Shown here one piece after another: positions 1 to 14,578 of a DNA stretch of 64,000 nt. The first letter of the stretch is position 1, and the number at the start of each line of letters is the position of its first letter. A program made the translations under genes and the position numbers. This DNA is from Octopus sinensis (Eukaryota), in contig NC_043001.1 of NCBI RefSeq assembly GCF_006345805.1, positions 69,006,001 to 69,070,000 on the forward strand, in the 5' to 3' direction. The notes under the pieces are model-generated. The model ran no database searches, was not told the DNA's origin, and worked only from the letters and a program-made list of their open reading frames with translations.

Positions 1-96
1 CTACTAACTATATAAACAAAAACGAACGAAAATAAATAATAGCACCATAATAGAATTGAAGAAAATTGTAATGTTTTTAGAAAACTTAAAGGCATA

Positions 97-154
<58 letters not shown>

Positions 155-342
155 GGAGAGGAAAAAGAGAAACAATGAAAGTGTGTGAATAAAGTTAATT
201 TGATCGGTTAAGATATGTTTAATGTTTGGGTAAATATTTCGATTTCATCATATTTTTATTATTTTCGTAACGTAATCGATAGGGTTCAGACTTTTTAAAA
301 CATATTCTATAACATGTGAGTATAATTTTAAATACTCTTTTA

Positions 343-727
343 CTCTTTTACTTGTTTCAGTCATTTGACTGCGGCCATGCTGGAGCACCGCCTTTAGTCG
401 AGCAAATCGATCCCGGGACTTATTCTTTGTAAGCCCAGTACTTATTCCATCGGTCTCCTTTGCCGAACCGCTAAGTGACGGGGACGTAAACACACCAGCA
501 TCGGTTGTCAAGCAATTCTAGGGGGACAAACACACACACACACACACACATATATATACATATATACGACAGGCTTCTTTCAGTTTCCGTCTACCAAATC
601 CACTCACAAGGCATTGGTCGCCCCGGGGCTATAGCAGAAGACGCTTGCCCAAGATGCCACGCAGTGGGACTGAACCCGGAACCATGTGGTTGGTTAGCAA
701 GCTACTTACCACACAACCACTCCTGCG
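343..727 (-). mobile_element. tRNA-derived SINE, family A, full length with internal (TA)/(TG) microsatellite
   Basis: Reverse strand: head with A-box-like GTGGTTGTGTGG and B-box GGTTCAGTCCC, then TTGGGCAAG, a microsatellite hinge, and 3' part ending CAAATGACTGAAACAAGTAAAAGAG. Eight related copies in the window. Confidence 0.9.
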
Positions 728-1154
728 TTTATTATTTCTTTATACATTCATCATTTATGCCTTTATGGAGCAAGTTTATACAATATTCAGGAGAGTCAAA
801 AAAGAGAAAAGAAATAGAAACAAAACAAAACAAGATAAATGCAAATAAAATGAATATTAATGAGCAATGAATTGCACAGAACGTGTTAAACGTATGAACA
901 GCTTCAAGACTATAAGATACAAAATAGACATGTTAAATATTTTAAGATGTTTGTTGTGTATAGAAATACAAGAGAAGGATTAGGACAAGAGTGTCACATG
1001 GGTTTTGAAATACGTCTTACTATAAAAACTAAAATATATCGAAATGCGTTATTTACTGAATAAACAATTTGCATTGAAATGCACACGCATTAGCATAGCA
1101 TTTATAACATTCCCGACTGTAGATAACTGTTGGTTTTAATTCGAGAAGGTGCGT

Positions 1155-1330
1155 AATGTAGTGGTTATGTTGTAGTAGTTACAAGAGTAATTCGTGATTT
1201 TGATTCCTGAACCGAGCATTTTATTGTGTTCTTGAGCAGAGCACTTCATTTCACGTTAAGGTGAAATGCTGAGATCTGGACCACGTACACGCACTGGGAA
1301 ACGTACCGCTCCTATTAGTCTTCTTAAATC
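1155..1330 (+). mobile_element. Decayed SINE (family with TTGAGCAGAGCACTTCATTTCAC core)
   Basis: TAGTGGTT A-box-like start, TGATTCC B-box relic; core matches the reverse complement of 34750-34880. Confidence 0.55.
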
Positions 1331-1849
1331 TTTTTGGTGTGGTACAGTTATGTGCAATATACGTTATCGTGGTATTAGAGAAATCTAACCCACATGACAC
1401 TTGAAATCATCTATATAGATTTCCTAAATCTATTTCATCTGTTAAATAATTTTCTTTTACAGAGGCAATAAAACTAAAATTTTGGGAAGAACCTTCTTTA
1501 GATTAAACCAACCGTTTCACCGAACTGGTGTTCGTTAATAACAATGCCTTCTTTACTTGTGTGGCACATTATTTCATCTATCTCTTAAGGTGAAATCGCT
1601 TTTTCTGACTTACTAAAGATTCTGTCAGGTCATCTAAAATTAACAGAGAGAATCGATCTGTTTATTTTCCTTTGTAATTGCATTAAGAAAACCTGACTAA
1701 AGAGAATTAATGTTGTCACAGGCGTTGTTAATTAAGCACTATTTTGATAATAATACTGATAAATCACCTGCTCAAAGATATTATGTGATGTTTTATTGAA
1801 TTATTGCCTTGAGAATTATTTAATGCTTTGTTTGAATCTCATATATATG

Positions 1850-1958
<109 letters not shown>

Positions 1959-2205
1959 TATATATATTAAATTTCTAAATCTCTCATAGAGATATGTACG
2001 GTGGTAGGGCGATAGAATGGTTGTATACTATCAATCTAACGTGAACGTGACAGTAGGGGAAATCAAGCTTTTATGAACAATTTGTACGGAACCCGCCCAG
2101 TGAATATGTAAAGTATCAATTGGTCTTCTCGAGGCTTAGGTTAAGAAGGTAAGTTTCCCTTGAAACTGTTGCGTATCTATATATATAAACTCGCTTACTT
2201 TTATT

Positions 2206-2559
2206 ATTTTACTTGTTTCAGTCATTTGACTGCACCCATGCTGGAGCACCGCCTTTACTCGAGGAAATCGACACCAGGACTTATTCTTTGTAAGCCTAGT
2301 ACTTATTCTATCGGTTTCTTACGCCGAACCGCTAAGTTAGGAGTGCGTATACACACCAGCATCGGTTGTCAAGCGATGTGGGGGGAGGGCGGACAAACAC
2401 AAACACACACACATATATATACATATATACGACTGGCTTCTTTCAGTTCCGTCTGAGGCCATAGTAGAATACACTGCCCATGATGCCCTGCAGTGGGACT
2501 GAACCCGGAACCATGTGGTTGGTAAGCAAGCTACTTACCATACAGGCACTCCTACGCCT
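2206..2559 (-). mobile_element. SINE family A copy (small deletion in the head region)
   Basis: Aligns by eye to 343-727; followed by (TATG)n/(TA)n. Confidence 0.9.
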
Positions 2560-2635
2560 ATGTATGTATGTATGTATGTATGTATGTATGTATGTATGTA
2601 TGTATGTATGCATGTATGTATGTATGTATATACAT

Positions 2636-2700
<65 letters not shown>

Positions 2701-2834
2701 CATACAAACACACAGACATCACAGAAGTAAACAGACACACCATAACACATCGTCTTGTGTTTATTTTAACTTGAAAAGATTTGTATTTTTTATTAACTGG
2801 CAGTTTTATGTTTCAGATTCTATAGGTGACTTTT

Positions 2835-3560
2835 TCATCATACCATGTTCAAAAGAATATTTGGAACTGTCCGAATTTCAAAGAGGCCGTATTATTGGTC
2901 AATCTGAAGGTGGACTAATCCAGTGTAAAATCGCAGAAAACAACCTTAGGATCCATCTTTCTAGAATTAATAGAGTGATAGTGCCATTCACCACGGAAAA
3001 GGAAGGGGTCAACATCACCGCGTCCAGGTCGACCAGGGCCCTCTGACAGGATCTTTCCCTGTGTTAAGAGAAGTATAGAGGATAATCCTCGTTGCAGGGC
3101 CTCTGACATATCAGAACAAATATCTCCACAAGTTTGGCTAGTATGGCAGAGCAGCAAGAATGAAGCCACTTCTTCGACCAGCCAATATCAAGCGTAGAAA
3201 ATAATGGGCCAGTAAAAATGGTGGAGAGACTACTAGCATTTTGGGACACTGTCATATTCTCTGATGAGTCCAGATTTGACCTATTTTCTGACAGTGGCTG
3301 ATTGCGTGTCTGGAGGCTCTGTAACCAACCAAGAAATTGACGTGAAAAGATTCAGCCAACAATGAAACGCAGTGGTTATTCTGTGATGGTCTGGGAAGCA
3401 ATTTGGAGCAATGGTTGATCAGAACTGTTGTAATGTGAGGGGAAAATAATCTTAGATAAATATGTGTCCACATTACAGAAAAAGCACCTTCCAAATTTCT
3501 CCAGTGTTGAAATGTTTAAGGAAAGCATTTTATGGAAGATGGGGCTCCTTGTCACACACA
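2835..3560 (+). mobile_element. Tc1-like DNA transposon, decayed transposase
   Basis: Translated pieces ELSEFQRGRIIG (paired/HTH), SR.R, VIFSDESRF (first catalytic Asp), SVMVW.AI; stops and frameshifts. Confidence 0.85.
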
Positions 3561-3608
3561 CATATTTTACCCAGTGTCACTTTGATGGCATACATTTCTC
3601 TCTCACTC

Positions 3609-3609
<1 letters not shown>

Positions 3610-3656
<47 letters not shown>
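3610..3656. repeat. (TAA)n microsatellite
   Basis: Pure TAA run of about 15 units, directly abutting the R4/Dong-like fragment. Confidence 0.95.
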
Positions 3657-4000
3657 TGACACGGAACTATCAAGCCAATTTGATGAAAAATGGTGTAGAC
3701 CCAAGGTGCCATTACTGCAATAGTGGTATAAAAAAGGGCGACCATCTAATCTCTGGACGTAAGGTTTTAGCACCTGCAGAGTACAAGACATAACAGTGTT
3801 GGCCAATATCTACACTAGATAATGTGTCGGTATTATAAAATCAAAACTGCTGACAAATGGTACTAGCACAACCCTGAGGCTGTAACTATCGTTTGAAGTT
3901 TCCCAGTATGTACAGACCGGAACATCAAAGCAAAGAAACCGGATATTGTTGTGAAATACTAAAACAATAAAGTGTGTTTATTGATTGGCATGAGCATACC
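3657..4000 (+). mobile_element. R4/Dong-like non-LTR retrotransposon, C-terminal zinc knuckle and restriction-like endonuclease fragment
   Basis: Pieces PRCHYC..., HLISG..VLAPAEY, DKWY.HNPE, KKPDIVVK; frameshifted. Confidence 0.75.
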
Positions 4001-4004
4001 TTGT

Positions 4005-4440
4005 GACCATAGAATCTCGGCAAATTTTTCAAAAGTGTCTTTTTGATCAGCCGAAAGCAGTTTTGGCGCAAACTTGGCAGGCAAGCGCCTCTTACCCAAA
4101 TCTTCACTGATAATGAACTGAACCGTAACTGATCTGCACACCCTCTGATAACTCACGGATGGTGAGTCGACGATTTCCCCTAACAGCTGCACGCACATCT
4201 GCAATGCATATTCTCAATTCTGCTGTTTCTCCCAGAACATTCCTCAATATCCACAATTTTTCGGCCATCTTTCTGAAACCTTGCGTAGGTTTCTGTGCAG
4301 GTATCGCCATGACATCTTACTCTGTCCTGTTCAATGCGACGATCACACGCTTCACACGTTCCTTTCAAGCACTGCTGTAAACAGTGGAATTGTGCTAGAA
4401 CGTTTAACGTTCTAGCATATACGTATGCACAGACGTGTCG
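4005..4440 (-). mobile_element. mariner transposase N-terminal fragment
   Basis: VRAAVRGNRRLTIRELSEGVQISYGSV and EDLGKRRLPAKFAPKLLS.DQK (HTH2 and degenerate WVPHEL linker). Confidence 0.8.
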
Positions 4441-4689
4441 TAGATCAATCTGTGCCAATGAGCTTTGCTCTGCGTGCTTTAGCTTCTTTACTGTGTCCCG
4501 ATACTCATTGACCAGAGTCCCGATACTCATTGACCAGACCTTGTCGAACCAGAAAGCGGTGCCATGTCAAAAAGTCAACCTGAACAAACAGACACGTCAA
4601 TGCTTTAATTACAAGTCAAATCTAATGCTGGATTGGTCATAGCCAGAGACAAGGACCGCGTTACCCAGTGGGGAACCAGAGTGTGTTCA

Positions 4690-7170
4690 AAATGTCTGCT
4701 GCTGGAACAAACTTTCAAAGATCGTACTACCCGGTAACGAAACCAGGATAACCCTGACCATAGACCTGTAGCGACATCACCAAAGACACCACCTGGATCA
4801 AAACGCATAAAATGGACTACAGAGGATTATAGAGATGTGCTGAAAGCTTCCTATACAGACCGACTAAACCCAAACAATAACCTTATTGTACAAACATTGA
4901 CTTCATAGAGAAACATAGAGAGCCGCTGCCAAAGTTCTCAAGCATCATAAAAAATAACAACATAATCATGATATTTTATTTTGCTCTTAGATCTTAAGAA
5001 ATAAGGGAAATGAGCTAACAGCCTTGTAACTGCTCAACTATGTATCAGGACGACACAGTAAAAAAACAACCATGACAATAGCCCTCCCAAGTGGAAAGTA
5101 GTAACACAAAAGAGGAGTAAATGTTAAGACAAAAGAAGCTAGGAAATGTTAAGACGAAACATTGTAGAAAAATCGAGCAAAAATATAAAACCAATGATTT
5201 TAAAAACATCCCTGCAACCAAGAAAATAGTGAAACAGCGAAAACAAGGGAAAAAAAAAACAATGAACTTTTATCGACAGAACAAGGTATTCAAGACGGAT
5301 GCAAAAAAATTTGATAAGAAAATTAGCATAAGCTAGATAGAAGGAACAACCTAAGTCTGGAAGAGTTCTGGACGAAAATACGGAGCGACAAAAAATAATA
5401 TAATGCCGAAGCTCATTGGATAGAACGTGTGGAAGTGTGACTGGATGAAGCTGAAGAACAGAAATGGGAGACAATAAGATCTAAAAAGTGTTCTTAGAAA
5501 GTCTTATAAATAGAAAGCCCCAGTACTGGACCGGGTCCCTAACTTCTGGCTGAATTGTTTGACAGAAGTACACCAACATTTTGCTGTATTCCTAATTGGT
5601 GTCGTCTAGACCCCAGAGCAAATACCTGTCGCGCTGACCGAGGGAACAACATACCAAAAACTTAGATCCTTAGAAAAACCCAGTCAGTTTAAATGTATGT
5701 GTCGTATTATATGAAAATATTTCACTAACTCCCCTTCCTAAGCTTTCAATTATATTGTAATATCACTTACCCTTCACTCACCCTAGGACGCTGGGTGTGT
5801 CTCTGTAACACAGATGCAGATTAAAACAATAAGAACGACAACAACGACGACGATAATACACCATCTACAAGATCTACTCATCGATACTAACTGAAAAAAT
5901 ATACACTTTCTTTGAACAGTCGTCCTCCCTTCCACAAGCTCAAAAAGGCTGTAAAAGGAATTCTTATGGATGCAAAGATCAACTACTCATAATAAAAAAA
6001 CGATTATAGAGTATAGCATAGATTGACAACGGGAAGGTGTTTGATAGTGTCCCAGATAACTGGCTACTCAAGGCCCTTGGTGTATAAAAGACCTCCTCTG
6101 TCATCTCCAAATTCTTACAATGTAGCATGGTCAAGTGAAATACACGCCTCCTTCTACACTATAATAATAGGCAAGTCACTCTAACAACAACAACTTCAAG
6201 CGAGGCATCTTTCGATGTGACTCCCTCTCCCCATTACTCTTTTGCATGGCATTGATCCCACTCTGGTATATAATATTATAGTAAACCCTCTAATTTATAT
6301 AGATGATATGAAGCTGTTTGCTAGAAAAGGCGAAGCTAGTATGGCTGTTAACAACTGTTAAAGATTTCAGCAATGACATCGGGATGGATTTTCGTCTTGA
6401 TAAGTATGCTAAAGCAACTTTTATAAGAGGCAAACTCAAGCAAACAGCCATCAAGGAGCCTGACCTACAAGAAAGCTGTACATACCTGAGGATAAACGGA
6501 GATGATATGCTGAATACTACTATGAAGGAATCAATAAGAAAAGAGCATTACATGAGTAAGTCTCATACTAAAAACTGAACTCAACTCCAAAATTCGCAGT
6601 AAGTCCAATACAATTTTATCATCATTGACTGGTATCTTACAGAGATCCACTTCCTGTACAGGAAGACAAGAAAACTACTAACATCTAAGAACATGCAACA
6701 CCCAAAAGCAGACGTTGGTCGTTTGTACCTACCTAGAAGTAAGGGGGTAGGAAAGATGCAGGTAGAACTGGGCTATAAGACCTCCCCAACAGCAATGAAG
6801 AAGTACTTATCTAGTACAAAGGACCGGATGCTGCGCCTTGTTTGCAAACACGTAAGCAGCAAAAATCACTTACTATTGTCAAGAAAGCTTGCAGATTCGC
6901 AAGGAAACATGGTATTAACCTTGAATTGGATGAAGAACCTGAAACCATTTCCACCAAACAAAGAAAACAGATCAAAGAGACTGAATAAGAGAACTGGCAG
7001 AAACAAATTGAGAAGCAGTAGAGCCAGAAGGCTTCACATGGACAGTATATACTTCGAACTCGAAATGCTAATGTACGCCAAACAACAACTCATCAGTGAA
7101 TGAGAAACTCAGGGACTGAAAGCAAAGACTGAAGGTTTCATATTGGTGGCATTAGATCAATGCTTGCTTA
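4690..7170 (+). mobile_element. R4/Dong-like LINE, decayed RT ORF
   Basis: Motifs KAP.LD.VPNFWL, DSVPDNWL, RGIF..DSLSPLLFC.AL.PL, IDDMKLF (YxDD), DIGMDF.LDK, HPKADV.RLYLPR; many lesions. Confidence 0.85.
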
Positions 7171-7179
7171 ATAATACTC

Positions 7180-7385
7180 TAGGCACAGGAACTGAAATTT
7201 AGAGGGTGGTGGCTAGTCGGTTATAACGAATCAATTGCTCAACTAGTACTTAATCAACCAGCGCCGAAAGGATGAATGACAAAGTCGATTCCAATGGAAT
7301 TTCAGCCTAATTAACAATGTAAGGAGTTTATCCGGCATGCCTGCGCGCCATAATGCTTTCTAACATATTCTCAAACATTGTGTGA
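7180..7385 (-). mobile_element. Decayed SINE with Deu/Nin-domain-like core
   Basis: Reverse strand contains TCGACTTTGTCATTCATCCTTTCGGCGCTGGTTGATTAAGTACTAGTTGAG; domain name assigned from memory. Confidence 0.55.
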
Positions 7386-7429
7386 GGATTTTAGTCGATT
7401 ATTCAAGTATCTATAAATATGTACAATGC

Positions 7430-7690
7430 TAGTTTTGGTGTCATCAATGATAATGGTAATGATGATGATGGTAACGATAATGAAGGATGATATGATGATT
7501 TTGGCGACGATGGTTGATGATGAAGATATTGCCGATGTTGATAAGGATCATGTAGCCTATACTGAGGACAAGCGTGCTGCTGCTGATAGTGATAATGATG
7601 AGTTTGGTGATGATGATGATGATGATTTATGTTGATGACGATGAATACTGTAATGACAGCGACCACCATGACGTCAACGATGACGCTATA
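7430..7690. repeat. Degenerate (GAT)n tract
   Basis: GAT/GAC/GCT triplet run. Confidence 0.85.
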
Positions 7691-7982
7691 AATGAATCTA
7701 TGCAATTATCAAAATCATCACACTTGATTTCCAGTTTGCTGTAGTTGTATACAACTTTCCAGCATGCAATGTCCTTGTAATCACGATGCGTAATAGCATG
7801 TTACAGAGTCTGTCAATATCACTCTGAGAAAATCAGCTTTCAGTAATATTTTAATAGAATTTATTGCCATTACCCTTTGGTTGCATGTTTCCTGTTATTT
7901 TTTATAATTATTTTTGCATTTGCATATACTTTACATACATACATCCATACATACACACAGACACACACATATATACATACAT

Positions 7983-8036
<54 letters not shown>

Positions 8037-8083
8037 ACACATGCGTGTGTATGTACACAAATTTATGTATCCATATATATGTA

Positions 8084-8115
<32 letters not shown>

Positions 8116-8201
8116 CATATATATATAAACACGCATGTATATATATATAAACGTGTGTGTGTGTGTGCGTGTGTGTGTACACAAATGAATGTGTATGTAT
8201 G

Positions 8202-8239
<38 letters not shown>

Positions 8240-8529
8240 TGTATTATATATAATATATATAATGGAAATTCTCAAGGACTCCTTTTAGATTAAAAGATGA
8301 TTTAAATGGGTTTGTTATATGAGGGGAAAAGAAAAAAACATAAAATTTGAAATAACCATAACAACGACAACACCTTTTGGTAGCTTCAATTTATGTGAGA
8401 ATATAGATTTTAATCAATGGTTGTTATTTCTCCAACATGAGCGATGAAACGAGAAAAGATTTCAGAATTCTGATTTAATTTCGAAAACAAATTTGACATG
8501 TAATTTTCGGGTGTATTTCCTTGAAGTTG

Positions 8530-8705
<176 letters not shown>

Positions 8706-9049
8706 ATATATGTTTGTGTGTATGTGTGTGTATACATGAATATATATTATTTTATTCTAATAGAAAATCTGTAGATTTTGTAAGAGCAATTTCCTGTAGC
8801 AATTCCGTTATTAGGAGATGACTGGGGAGAGAGAAAATTAATGTATAAGTGTATATAAAATTGATAATATGATGCTTCTTTGTAAGGACGACACCCAATA
8901 TCACTAAAATATCATTTAAGATGTTTCTGATGTTCAAGCCTGAGGACGGTTTCAATAAAGAAATCGTTCACAACAATTATCTCGTTATTTTTGAAAACAC
9001 TATAAACAGCTTCATGCTTAATCCATCTGCGTACGTTAGCAGGTCATAT

Positions 9050-9240
9050 CGGAACACAGCCAACTGGTAAGGGCATTGAGTTCACGATGAAGAGGTTATG
9101 GGTTCTAATCTTGGACCGGATGACAACATCATATCGTTGGGCACGTCACTTTAAGTTATGTAACTATTATCAAATCAGCTGAAAAAGTGTTTCGACAGTG
9201 AGATGGTAGAGCCGTCTCTCCACCCAGCCTAAATGTTTAA
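9050..9240 (+). mobile_element. Decayed tRNA-derived SINE with CORE-like TTGGGCACGTCACTT
   Basis: CAGCCAACTGGTAAG (A box), GGTTCTAATC (B box), CORE-like motif. Confidence 0.6.
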
Positions 9241-9908
9241 GAGCATGAAATGAAATGGAGCCAAAATATATGTCACCTCACCACTAAATTACACTAAAAG
9301 TCACGTGATATAATATCACAGTATATACGAAGTTCATAGTCTTTCGTGAAGAACAGTTATGCTATGACTTGTTGGTAAACATTCAACGTAACGATAACAT
9401 CGTTTACATTTATGCTAAGACTTGTTGATGGTTTGATAAACTATATAATCAAAGACGTTTCGACTGCGACCATCCAACTTGCATGTTTAACTTAGTTTCA
9501 ATATCCTGTTTGTAACAGTAGAGTGGCATTCGCGAGAGATTTGGTATTTGTTTCTAGCAAATCTAGGGGTAACGTAGAGTTTCCTAGGATAATTTCTGCA
9601 GAATCGTATTTTCAAAGTATTCTCTATCGTTTAGGAATAGTGGAGTAATTTATATATATATATACAGCAAATAAGTAACAATGATGTCAAGGTATTAGTG
9701 CATTAGAGCCGTTTCGGGCGGATCCACTTCATCGTTCAATACAAGCATTACCTCAATTTGAAATATACCGCCTTGCATCGATCGATAAAATAGAGCCGTC
9801 TGAAACGTCAGTCATGCACAGATACCTTGGCATCCTTGTTACAAATTTGCATTTTATTCAACTTACTTCGATCTGTGCAGACTGACTTGGTGCCTAAGTA
9901 CACATATG

Positions 9909-9999
<91 letters not shown>

Positions 10000-10002
<3 letters not shown>

Positions 10003-10213
10003 TGTCTGTGTGTTTGTGTGTCTGTGTTTGGCTCCCAACATCGCTTGACAACCGTTGCTGGTGTGTTTACGTCCCCGTAACTTAGCGGTTCGGCAAAAGA
10101 AACCGATATAATACGTACTAGGCTTACAAAGAATAAGTCCTGGGGTCAATTTGCTCGACCAAAGGCGGTGCTCCAGCATGGCCGTTTGTCAAATGACTGA
10201 AACAGGTAAAAGA
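10000..10213 (+). mobile_element. SINE family A, 3' half only
   Basis: Matches the 3' half of 343-727; preceded by (TA)n with no head. Confidence 0.9.
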
Positions 10214-10223
10214 ATATATATAT

Positions 10224-10271
<48 letters not shown>

Positions 10272-10355
10272 GTATATACATATATATTTATATACATACA
10301 TATATACATATCCATGAACATATACATATGTACACACACACACACACACACACAA

Positions 10356-10409
<54 letters not shown>

Positions 10410-12314
10410 TACGTATACACATGTATATAACACGTGTGCATGTGTGTTAATGCACATTTAATTTAAAGAACATTGTACTTGTATACCTACACATGTGCAT
10501 ACACACACAAACACACACAAATATACTGTGCGTATATATAAGTCACAATATATTGGCTCAAGTAATCCGTTAGTACTCATAAGAAAGATCCTTAATGTAT
10601 TATTCTGCAAAACAGCATATATAGTATGATATAAGAGAAAACGATAAGGAGTATATAAAATATCATAAATGACAGAGAAATAGTTTGATGAAATTTTAAC
10701 AATTAGCAATGCGAGTTGAAGAAGAACTTACACGCCACACACAATGCATTCCGGCGTTGGCCGGGTCGTTGATTATAATAACACCACGACCAACTGGTGT
10801 GCATCCCGACCAATGAAGGGCGGACTCATGTGTGTACGTGACATTAATTTGCCCTTGCATAGATGTGCGGTGTTGTTCTTTTCACTGGGGTTATCGGGTC
10901 AGACAATTATTTTCCATCGCACCACTCACGTTATAGTACACACACAACCACTGTGAAAAATAACGAATTTGTAGCAAAATCATTACGAACTTTGCGACAT
11001 ATGTAATTAATGATAGGCATGAATATATACTAATAACGATAAGCAACTTTGCATAAATTGGTTTGAATAAAGAGAAACATATTAACCGCAAATAACCACG
11101 ATAGGTTTTAGTCATTGTTTCACGTCTTTACCACATTTGAACGAATATAGGCTCTTACTGTGCTTAATCCTTGGAGAAATTTTATTGAATTTTAGGCCGA
11201 GAATGCTGGTTTACCACTCCTGAGTCGTTTCCTACCACGACAATCTAATTAGACAAATTGTTTCCGGTAGTAATATCAGAAGCGATCACAATTATTCAAG
11301 AAACACCCTTCATTAGTCAATTTCATGTTGAAAGTAGGGCTTTCTGCAAAAAAAGGTATCATAATACTTCAATGACATTGTTTTATCATAGAAAACTGAA
11401 ACCGTTCACATTACCAGTTAGGTGTGGCACAAAGGCTATTATTGACGGAAAATGTGCCAATAGTTGCTAAAAAAAGATGGTTTCGGTCATTTTCCGTTGA
11501 CAAATAGGGTTTTATGCATTACAAATGCACTTACAACACCTTTTGGACACTGCTGCATTTTTTGACACCGAAAACATTAAAATTAGGAATGTAGTTTAGA
11601 AGCAAATCCAAATATTTCCCGAAAATAACCTAAAAATTTGCGACCCGACCTCGTTTTCAAGGTTATTTTTGTAGTAAAAGAGAGTTGTGCAAAAAACATA
11701 CTTCATTTGGTGACGGAAACATTTCTGAATCTTTTGATACCTGATACGTCAAACTCAGCAACTCAGTTTTTGAATCCATAAGGAGTATACGCACTACACA
11801 CACACACACACATACACACATACGCACACGCACACACACACACACACTCACACTGTTTTATATATATATAGATAAGAAAATTCAAATACGACAAATTATT
11901 TAGTAACTTACAAAACATAAATTGTTTATATTATTATATTTAATAATAAATGAATTACTTATATGTCTGCATGAATACAAAATGTAAAATATCTTTTAAA
12001 ATAATGCAGAATGTCAGCTACGTCCACGAATGAAAGAAAATCTTTGTTAAATGCTAACTTCTAGACCTAACGTTACAAAAATATAAATAAATTCATCATT
12101 TACAAGATTATGGAAGATAATAATAATAAAATAACGTAAAATAATAAAACTATTGTCTAATAAATAGAAAGAAAGCTTAGGAATATAATTTAAAAAGTAA
12201 GTAATAATATAAAATATATATTTTTCAGTTACAAAACAATTTGTTGTAATATTTGAATTTTCATACTACTAAATAAAATTTCAACAAATTATTTCTGTCA
12301 TTTATGAATTTATA

Positions 12315-12408
<94 letters not shown>

Positions 12409-12439
12409 TGTGTGCATGTGTGTGTGTGTGTATTATACC

Positions 12440-14130
12440 ATCTGGAAACAGAAATATTCCTTCTCCAATCACGAAAAGTGCGATAAAAGATTCAAAACCA
12501 TTGATGCACCCATGTTTTCTGTAATTTTGGAACGAAGTCATAGTCAATGTCACGAACAATTACAACAACTATGGAAAGAAGAGAACAAACGAGAAGAGGA
12601 AAAATCCACAAACATATAGTAACAAGAGAGGCGTGGTTCATTATTACGAAAATAAGACCACTATGGATGAAAATCCATTATGTAAACACAGCCACAAGAA
12701 AAATATTCAGAAAATTCAAAGAAATACATGGAAATCGATACCAGATGAGCCAAAAATGATATCAGGCTTCCAGTTGTGGAAAGATAAATGTGGAAGTTAA
12801 CCCAAATGCAAACTAGAAATGTATATGCTAGAATGCCAAAGCATAACTTTACCACAAACAAACACACAAGGCAGAGAAGGCAACCCTCCAAATGATAATT
12901 ACAAATACCCAAGGTGGGCAAATATATGGGAAGAAAGCAAGGAAGAAATAAAAGTCATAATAAACATCATTCAAGCTTAAGAAATCCACGGCCAGCGACA
13001 AAAAATATCAAATTTTCCGAAAGACCTAACAGGCATAAACGATGATGAGAACCAGACAGACACAATATGCGACGTAATTCTAACAGTGATCATGAAATGT
13101 TCTCTCACCTACGAAGAAACAAAACCCCAAGAAAGATGAAACGGGGCACACGATATTACAGCTTCTGTTCTAGGGAGAGCGTACTACAATAGGGTCGCAG
13201 ATCCAATGAAACCAAACATTTTAATACACTAACAAAATATTTAAACCATAAAATTATAGATTTATTGTTAAGAAAAGTCAACAAAAATGAAATGGATTTT
13301 TATAATTGAAATGTTTCAAATTTAACCCTAAACCTTCTTTTAATCTCTTAGAACTAAAAGCATACATTGAACATTTCAATCGCCACTTCCACCTCATAGA
13401 ATTTTTCGACGATAAGAATGTGTGATGAGTCAATTATCAGAGATAGATCCTATTTCACCCGTTACAGGGGGTGAGAAAAACATTCAATATATATATATTA
13501 GAGAGAGAGAGAGTATTTCTAATATCCCTCTCAGCGCCCGTAAGTGCAAACAAGACCTTCACGAGAAGAAAAGAATGCCTTCCTAAAATCGAAGATCAAC
13601 TCGACCATCCTTAAAGGGAGCCGATAAAGGTTGTGCGATAGTGATAATGCTCATGGAGCATTAAGATAAGATATTGGAACATCTAACAGACCAAAATTAC
13701 TATTAAGAAGAAACAGGAAATCAAGAAAACACAATTTATTTACCAGTACCCCGACTCCTTCACAGATAAAGAAATAGACATCAATTTCAAATATTTGGAT
13801 ACTAATTTCATATAGAATTTAGAAGGGGATTCTTCTTCCAAATAAATGCAGATATGAACTGCACGATACAGAATCTCATGTGTTATATAACCTGCACCAA
13901 TTGCAAAGAAAATTGTATTGGCGAAATATATCCCTTTGCTAACATAAAAGGTTCCACACTTATACGAGATCATCGTGCAAAAAGAAATGCGCAAGCCTCT
14001 GTCGAGTAAACATCAGGTGATATGTGGAAACAACAGATTCAAAATCTACAACTGCAAAAGAGATGGAGCAAAGCACGTGAAGGTAATGAAACTACATTTT
14101 ATCAAAAAATTTAAAACTAAAGTAATCGCA
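12440..14130 (+). mobile_element. Old Neptune-type PLE relic (ORF1 piece, RT C-terminal piece, GIY-YIG piece)
   Basis: KRFKTID...LQQLWKEENKREEEKS aligns to KVKTID...LPALWNEECEKEELKS of the 58.3-kb ORF1; YITCTNCKENCIGE matches the Neptune GIY-YIG. Confidence 0.7.
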
Positions 14131-14547
14131 TAAAAACCAGAAGAATATATTTATAAACACGTGACAAATCCTTATTAAGATATTCTTACTGACATAAAAA
14201 TAACTGGAAAATCTACTTATACATATATATATGTATACACGTACATATACATGTATGTATATATATGCATATACATATATGTATAAATATATGTACACAC
14301 ATACATATATGTATATGAATATATACATATACATACATACATATATAGACATATATATACGTACATACATACACATATACATACATATAGCACACCTTTC
14401 ATGCAAGTCTAAAACTGGAAACATTACGTAAATTTTCACTTAACTTTGCTTAAACTGATGTTGCAAATAGAATTGGAATAGAAATAAGTATAACGAAACA
14501 TTAAACATGCGTTAAAGAATTTTCTTTTGTCTTCTTTTTATCGTTCT

Positions 14548-14578
<31 letters not shown>

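Noticed and set aside
7403-7705. His-rich and Asp-rich ORFs
   Set aside because: Frames of a degenerate (GAT)n tract.
8940-8970. CTGAGGA followed by a stem-loop
   Set aside because: No GAAA or stem III follows; not a complete hammerhead.
9705-9740. Minus-strand GATGAAGTGGATCCGCCCGAAAC motif
   Set aside because: Core and stems are broken; at most an old relic.
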